Below are positions 58,101 to 64,000 of a DNA stretch of 64,000 nucleotides, one piece after another; positions within the stretch are counted from its first letter, which is position 1; each line of letters begins with the position of its first letter. Both the position numbers and the translations under genes were made by a program. The DNA is taken from contig NC_068981.1 in NCBI RefSeq assembly GCF_001194135.2, forward strand, positions 17,881,382 to 17,945,381. Reading direction: 5' to 3'. Source of the DNA: Octopus bimaculoides (taxonomy: Eukaryota). Below the pieces are notes generated by a model. It had not been told where the DNA came from. It worked only from the letters and a program-made list of their open reading frames with translations, and did no database searches.

Positions 58101-61100
58101 GCATAAAGTTCTGGCGATTCATCTGGATACGAGCAGCATCTCTCTTCTCTTTACAATCTCTGATCATATGGGCTCCGCCACAGTTGAAACACTGTGGCTT
58201 CCTCCTGTAATAATGCAATAGACAGCATGAAGCCAAGATATAGAGATATCAAGCCAATATTACACAATGGGAAAATTTCAATGAAATAGTAATTAAGAGA
58301 AAGTTAGCAAGAATTATTGTTCCTATTTATTCCAGCACAGGTCAATAGAAAATATCAAATATATATAAAAAATGTCTTCTTATTTCCATTGTCCATGTCA
58401 GTGCTCCACAACTGGTGTTCTGCAGTGTAACCTGAATATAATTTTTTTTCCTTATACTTATAGTTATATTTTTAATTCAGGTATGTTGCTGAATTTTGAA
58501 AAGAATATAAGAGTACCGCAAGTGGAAAAAGGCTGCAGAGCACTTGGTCTATATTAGGGATCATTGCATTGTTATTGTTGTTTCCCTGACAAAAGGTCAA
58601 TGTTACTACCTGAGATGGAGCGAGAATGGCTTCATTTTAAAACTTCTGTGGAGAAATGGCTATGAGTAGTTAGTTGAACTGAGGTAATGCAGAATAAAGT
58701 GTACTGACCAAATAAACAAAGAAATACCTGCAGTGGATTTGAATTTAAGATCACTGATCCTGTGGTCCAATACTGTATCGATTTGGTTATTGTCTTTTAT
58801 AGGTGCAGGAGTGGCTGTGTGGTAAGTAGCTTGCTTACCAGCCACATGGTTCTGGGTTCATTCCCACTGTGTGGCACCTTGGGCAAGTGTCTTCTACTAT
58901 AGCCTCAGGCCAACCAAAGCCTTGTGATTGGATTTGGTAGATGGAAACTAAAAGAAGCCCGTCGTATATATGTGTGTATATATATATATACCGGAGTAAG
59001 CACATAAAATGTGCAACAAGGTGGAAAAAAGAGTACTCAAATACCAGAGGTAGAGTAATATGCTTTATTTAAAAGCAGCAGAAATATAACAAAAGACTGT
59101 TACTCTGAGTTTCACGTTCCCGTTCATCGGACAGTTTTGTTAGAAAAACTGTCCGATGAATGGGAACGTGAAACTCAGAGTAACAGTCTCTTGTTATATT
59201 TCTGTTGCTTTTAAATAAAGTATATATATATATATATGTATGTATGTGTGTGTATATGTTTGTGTGTCTGTGTTTGTCTACCCAACATCGCTTGACAACC
59301 GATGGTGGTGTGTTTACGTCCCCGTAACTTAGCGGTTCGGCACAAGACACCGATAGAATAAGTACTAGGCTTCCAAAGAATAAGTCCTGGGGGGCGATTT
59401 GCTCGACTAAAGGAGGTGCTCCAGCATGGCTGCAGTCACATGACTGAAACAACTAAAAGAGCATGTGTGTGTGTGCGCATGCGTATTTCTGTTACCAAGT
59501 TAAATAGTATTACAAAGTTGAAGTAATGCTGTAGTGTCAACCAACCTTTCTGGTTTACTCTCTTTGGGTACGTCACCCTCTTCCAGGTCAAGGGGAAGAG
59601 CTTCGAAGAAGACTTGCTCATATCTTTTCATTAAGGAAAATAACATGGAACTAATGAACCAAATTTTGGAATCTCATATTCAAATTAACAGTCACAAGAC
59701 AATACCATATCTAATGAAGCAACTCATTAAGAAATTTGTTCTGCTGTCACATCGTTGCTGGTCTGATCAGACTGCACAGCAGCACATTGGCCAAGTGTCT
59801 CTACCAGGCCTTGGAAATGAAACTGAGTAGACAAACTGTATGAAAGCCAACCAGATGGATAGTACATGTTCTTGGATGGTAGATGGGAGTCTGTCATCTG
59901 GGGTAACACTACAGCTTGGCCCAGGGTGATTTCAGTGTTGTCCATTCTGTTGCACATATTACTTGAACAGGTTTCCAGTTCTGAGGATAAATCCCTTTCT
60001 TTCTCCCATCGGTCTTGCAGGCCCTGAAAAGGGTCATTATCCATGACCTTTTCAGGGTCGTTCCATTAATAAAAAAAAAAAAAACCCTCAAAACTGAAAC
60101 GTTGGGAATGGTGCTTTACCAAAATGTCAGACTCACCGCCACCATTGTTTTATCATCATCATTATAACCAGCAACACAAATGAAAGACTAATAATTCTCA
60201 CAGACAGATTTCAAAAGTAAAAAACAAGTAAAGGATACTTTGGTATTTCCCAGCTGTCAGTCATAGAGGGATCGAGATTCACTAAAGGCCAACCTGATGT
60301 GTCAATCATAAAGTTATTGTAGAACTGACTGGTGCCAATGATCTGGTAATTGGAGTAAAATAGAATAGAATATGATGAAAATTTGGAATGTATGGTGGAG
60401 GGTGAGACAGCAATGCAGTAACAAAAGTGAAATGGTTTATTGTAAAAACATTACATATTAATAGGACATGTCGCTTATGAGAAACAACTATTATATGCAT
60501 GTAGTTGGTGACATAAAACAAATGTCACATGTATGACAAGCTTATTTACAACTGTCATAATGTCTAGACAAGGGCACACACAAACACACATATACATAAA
60601 CATACAACGGACTTCTTTCAGTTTCCATGTAGCAAGTCCACCCACAAGGTCTTGTGCAGTGGGTTTGATCCTGTGGCCACATGACTGGGAAGCTTGTCAA
60701 TTACACAGCCATACCTGTGCCTATGCAAGTATCCTGATCATTATTTACATTGGTTGGACATGTGTCCCCATCTTGTTTATTGTTACCACAACGTTTTGGC
60801 TGATTTACTCTCTAGACTTCATCAGGTGCTCTGGGAGAATTTCGAATCCAACCCTGCATTCTCATTCCTTAGGTATTTTTTGCTGCTATTATTATTATTA
60901 TTATTGTTATTATTTATTTATTTATTCAAGGCAGTGCCTGGAACTGAACTCACAATCTTGGGGTTAGTAGCCCGCACTCTTAGCCATTACGCTATATGGC
61001 CATGGGCACATAGTGTAATCCTGATCAATTCCAGGCAGTGGAACGAAGGAAGGAATGAATAATAATAATAATAATAATAACAACAACATCATGAGCAAAA

Positions 61101-62947
61101 AAATACCTTAGGAATGAGAACCCAGGGTTGGGTTCAAAATCCTTCCAGGACACCCAATGAAGGCTGGAGAGTAAACCAGCCGAAATGTGGTAACAACAAA
61201 GATGAGGACACACATCTGTCCAATGTAAATAACGTACAGAATTCCTCATCTCTAAAATGTAGAAAAGTATCATGAAATCATTAAGGTGAAACTTACCGCA
61301 TGGTTACACCACATGTTATGGCTCCTCTGTTCAGAATCTAACTCATCATTTAAGTCAACACAAGTCAGTGAGGAGGCCTAGATGAAAACAAAACAATACA
61401 CAGTAATAAGCCACATGTCTTGTCTTTAGCAAGCATTGAAATAACGAATTTACAGTCATGAAACCAGCACTTTAACCTCACAGACATTGTACCAGAGATT
61501 CACTAGTTTTAGAGCTTTGATAACTAATAACTGGCATTCGATTGGTTATGACAAGGATTCCAGTTGATCCAATCAATGGAACAGCCTGCTCATGGAATTA
61601 ACATGTAAGCACTGGTGTAGCTAGAGTGTTTGCTGCCCTGGGGCGGCCCTTCCATTTGCCACTCCTGCACCCCACAAAAAACACACATTGCCTACAGCAG
61701 ACCCAAAAGTGCCACCCGGGGCAGACTGCCCCTTTCCAGCTACGCTAGTGCATGTAAGTGGCTGAGTGCTCCACAGACGTGCACCCTTAACGTAGTTCTC
61801 AGGGAGATTCAGTGTGACATGGAATGTGACAGGGCTGGTCCTTTGAATTACAGGTACAACTCATTCTTGCCAAGTGAGTGGACTGGAGCAATGTGAAATA
61901 AAGTGTCTTGCTCAAGGACACAATGCATCATCAAATACTGAACTCACGACCTTATGATTATAAGCTGAATACCCTAACCACTTAGCCATGCTTTGATGAT
62001 GATATTAGTCGAAAATGGTTTAGTGGGTTTGTTTAAGTTTGTCAGAAAATGGTGATGTTGTGGAGTGCTTGAACATCTCTGGAGCAGGCAAGGAATACGG
62101 TTTACACTATGATTGTCTGTACACTGTAATGTATATAATTGCAATCCCCTACAGTCACCTTTTTAAAGTTATCTCTACAGATTTTCTATAGAAACTAGAG
62201 CTAGCACTAGAAGTTACAATGTTTCACAGATGAATATCATCATCATCATCATTTAACGTTCGTTGTCCGTGCTGGCATGGGTTGGACGGTTTGACTGAGC
62301 TGGTATGCTGGAAAGCTGTGCCAGGCTCCAGTCAGATTTGGCATGGTTTTCTACAGCTGGATGCCCTTCCTAACACCAACCACTCTGAGAGTGTAATGGG
62401 TGTTTTTACATTCCACTGGCACAGGTGCCATTTGTATGACACCAATATCTACCAGGACTGCAATTTTGCTTGGCGGGTCTTCTTCTCATGCATGACATAA
62501 TGCTAAATCAAAATCAAACTTGATGACAGCACCGCATGACTGGTATCCGTGCTAGTGGAGCACTAGTAGCACCATCCGTGCCAGTGGCACGTAAAAAGCA
62601 CCATTCGAGCGTGATCGTTACCAGTGGTGCCTTACTAGCACTTGTGCCGGTGGTACGTGAAAAACAGCATTCGAGCAAGGGCGTTGCCAGTGCCGCTGGA
62701 CTGGCTCCTGTGCAGATGACATGTAAAAACACCATTTGAGCGTGGTTGTTGCCAGTACCGCCTGACTGGCCCTCATGCCGGTGGCACGTAAAAGCACCCA
62801 CTACATTCTCGGAGTGGTTGGCGTTAGGAAGAGCATCCAGCTGTAGAAACTCTGCCAGATCAGATTGGAGCCTGATACAGCCATCTGGCTCACCAGTCTC
62901 CAGTCAAACCGTCCAACCCATGCCAGCATGGAAAGCGGACGTTAAAC

Positions 62948-62981
<34 letters not shown>

Positions 62982-63118
62982 CCTTAATGAAATTCATAAA
63001 ATTCACAGACAAAACAATACTTACTTTCAAATTCAAATCTGGTAACTTTTCATATCTTTCTTTCTGATGTCTGAATATCAAATGGTTGATGAAGTCCTCA
63101 ATTTCAGAACGATATTTG
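45242..63118 (-). CDS. ZCCHC8: Zinc-knuckle/PSP-domain NEXT complex subunit, 5'-incomplete (12 exons: 63025-63118, 61297-61377, 60239-60342, 59546-59623, 58076-58204, 56608-56670, 55517-55668, 53469-53531, 51515-51585, 50255-50323, 48603-48702, 45242-45882)
   Basis: Phase-consistent splicing (1645 nt). Recognised segments: KYRSEIEDF, WEIPKYEQVF, knuckle CFNCGGAHMIRDC, SRYH...FKPG, PSP domain YKMRFYGYPPGWL, IIEYPGF, DMDIDTE, and the MTR4-binding C-terminus FSVGIQDHIPFENLPQSTGTYNRMRQV. Confidence 0.93.
48603..48702 (-). CDS. ZCCHC8: ZCCHC8 exon (DDAKKRKHGTSADGNPKRHRSFDTSSDMDIDTE)
   Basis: Basic NLS-like tract and DMD/E motif; phase 0-1. Confidence 0.88.
50255..50323 (-). CDS. ZCCHC8: ZCCHC8 exon (EHYKYNLPPIQEHQLKTVLHSNK)
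   Basis: 69 nt phase 0-0; tttag acceptor, GTAAGA donor. Confidence 0.82.
51515..51585 (-). CDS. ZCCHC8: ZCCHC8 exon (EIDPNLIIEYPGFTVPLPEGFRD)
   Basis: YPGF motif; strong splice sites. Confidence 0.9.
53469..53531 (-). CDS. ZCCHC8: ZCCHC8 exon (VGVSGDTLEDGEVEQTTTGD)
   Basis: 63 nt phase 1-1; LEDGEV motif. Confidence 0.85.
53694..53921 (+). mobile_element. Mariner-derived MITE with TA target duplication
   Basis: TIR TTGGGTTGTCCGGAAAGTT/AACTTTCCGGACAACCCAA flanked by TA; internal transposase C-terminal relic FWEEGIFKLKERWRRIVQQNGSY. Confidence 0.88.
55517..55668 (-). CDS. ZCCHC8: ZCCHC8 PSP-domain exon (DNLREAMRLGPSTVPVHIYKMRFYGYPPGWLQEA...)
   Basis: YxMRxxGYPPGWL signature. Confidence 0.95.
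56169..56460. mobile_element. AT-rich foldback MITE (second copy 42776-42924)
   Basis: TIR gcactggttc(a/t)at..cacttcttt shared by both loci. Confidence 0.65.
56608..56670 (-). CDS. ZCCHC8: ZCCHC8 exon (TSRYHAETDSRFSSFKPGYL)
   Basis: SRYH/FKPG motif; GTAAGT donor. Confidence 0.9.
56839..57921 (-). mobile_element. RTE-clade LINE 3' fragment spanning an assembly gap
   Basis: RRLCWYGHVARMDEDSCVKKC...RGRPRKTWDEVV; (GAT)n tail at ~56840. Confidence 0.85.
58076..58204 (-). CDS. ZCCHC8: ZCCHC8 zinc-knuckle exon (RKPQCFNCGGAHMIRDCKEKRDAARIQMNRQNFMQ...)
   Basis: CCHC knuckle; 129 nt phase 2-2. Confidence 0.93.
59058..59225. repeat. ~165-bp near-perfect palindrome with a minimal hammerhead-ribozyme-like motif in each arm
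   Basis: Arms ~80 bp with few mismatches; motif ACTGT-CCGATGA-A(C/T)G-GGAA-CGT-GAA-ACTC-A-GAGT-A-ACAGT. Confidence 0.8.
59546..59623 (-). CDS. ZCCHC8: ZCCHC8 exon (YEQVFFEALPLDLEEGDVPKESKPE)
   Basis: Preceded by the U12 branch site TTCCTTAAT and AG. Confidence 0.88.
59624..60238 (-). other. U12-type (minor spliceosome) GT-AG intron of ZCCHC8
   Basis: 5'ss GTATCCTTT; branch site TTTTCCTTAAT 6 nt before the terminal AG; no polypyrimidine tract between branch site and 3'ss. Confidence 0.92.
60239..60342 (-). CDS. ZCCHC8: ZCCHC8 exon (IIGTSQFYNNFMIDTSGWPLVNLDPSMTDSWEIP)
   Basis: Ends at the U12-type donor GTATCCTTT. Confidence 0.9.
61297..61377 (-). CDS. ZCCHC8: ZCCHC8 exon (ASSLTCVDLNDELDSEQRSHNMWCNHA)
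   Basis: 81 nt phase 0-0; strong splice sites. Confidence 0.75.
61610..61750. mobile_element. hAT-type MITE with a perfect 8-bp TSD (CATGTAAG), inserted in a SINE
   Basis: TIR CACTGGTGTAGCT/AGCTACGCTAGTG; TSD at 61602-61609 and 61751-61758. Confidence 0.85.
63025..63118 (-). CDS. ZCCHC8: ZCCHC8 exon (KYRSEIEDFINHLIFRHQKERYEKLPDLNLK)
   Basis: tag acceptor, GTAAGT donor. Confidence 0.85.
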
Positions 63119-64000
63119 CTAACAACAAAATAATAGAAGGAAACTAGAGGATGGTCTTAGATTATCTTTTAATAATTAGGAGAAAAGACACAGCAATTAA
63201 TTTATCTAGTGTGAGACTGAGAGAAAGGGGAAAAAAAACACAAAAAAACAACGCATAAAATCTTAAGATCAAACAATTAGTTGAACAATTTTTTAAAATA
63301 AATAAACATTTTCTTTGAAAATGAAATAAATATATTTCATTAAAAAAAAAAGATTTTTCTTGGTAGGCATAAATTCAGTTTATTTAAGAACTGATAATAA
63401 CATCTCCATAAATTAAACAGATCAAGCACATGGCAACCTCTCTAGTAAGGGTGCACTAAATACACTCCATAAGGTTATTGGAGGTAGGAAGTGTACCCAG
63501 AAACAAAGACAGGTGAGANNNNNNNNNNNNNNNNNNNNNNNNNNNNNNNNNNNNNNNNNNNNNNNNNNNNNNNNNNNNNNNNNNNNNNNNNNNNNNNNNN
63601 NNNNNNNNNNNNNNNNNNNNNNNNNNNNNNNNNNNNNNNNNNNNNNNNNNNNNNNNNNNNNNNNNNNNNNNNNNNNNNNNNNNNNNNNNNNNNNNNNNNN
63701 NNNNNNNNNNNNNNNNNNNNNNNNNNNNNNNNNNNNNNNNNNNNNNNNNNNNNNNNNNNNNNNNNNNNNNNNNNNNNNNNNNNNNNNNNNNNNNNNNNNN
63801 NNNNNAACTCTAAAATTGTTACATACATAGATATGCACAGCGTAATTTATTATATAAACAATATATGCGTATAAATTACGATTAAACCGGATGAAATATG
63901 TCACAGGGAATAACATTTTTATGACCGCCCAGCAGTAACTCTATTCAGCTGAATAGACGTCAGTGATTGGTTGAAATTACAGAAATACGACAACTTTAAC

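Noticed and set aside
59727-60091. ORFs inside the U12 intron
   Set aside because: No similarity to ZCCHC8, and the flanking exons already join in frame.

Overview
Eukaryotic, AT-rich, repeat-dense genomic DNA with nine N-gaps. The SINE and RTE repertoire looks like a coleoid cephalopod, probably Octopus (inference). I reconstructed three conserved spliced genes by hand, and every junction is phase-consistent: the 3' six exons of DNA polymerase alpha subunit B (POLA2, +, 1471-11249), a complete RAD51 (-, 9 coding exons, 11627-21319, 339 aa) lying tail-to-tail with POLA2, and 12 exons of the NEXT-complex subunit ZCCHC8 (-, 45242-63118, 5' end not seen), which contains a textbook U12-type intron. 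Between RAD51 and ZCCHC8 sits an easily missed small gene (+; main exon 42252-42515, probable start exon 32214-32237). It encodes a ~95-aa secreted, 8-cysteine peptide with eclosion-hormone-like spacing. Intronic and intergenic DNA is filled with RTE 3' ends, tRNA-derived SINEs, LINE relics and MITEs. Several long palindromes and SINE-like repeats carry minimal hammerhead-ribozyme-like motifs. No bacterial features, CRISPR arrays, rRNA or true tRNA genes were seen. All assignments are by eye; no database searches were run.
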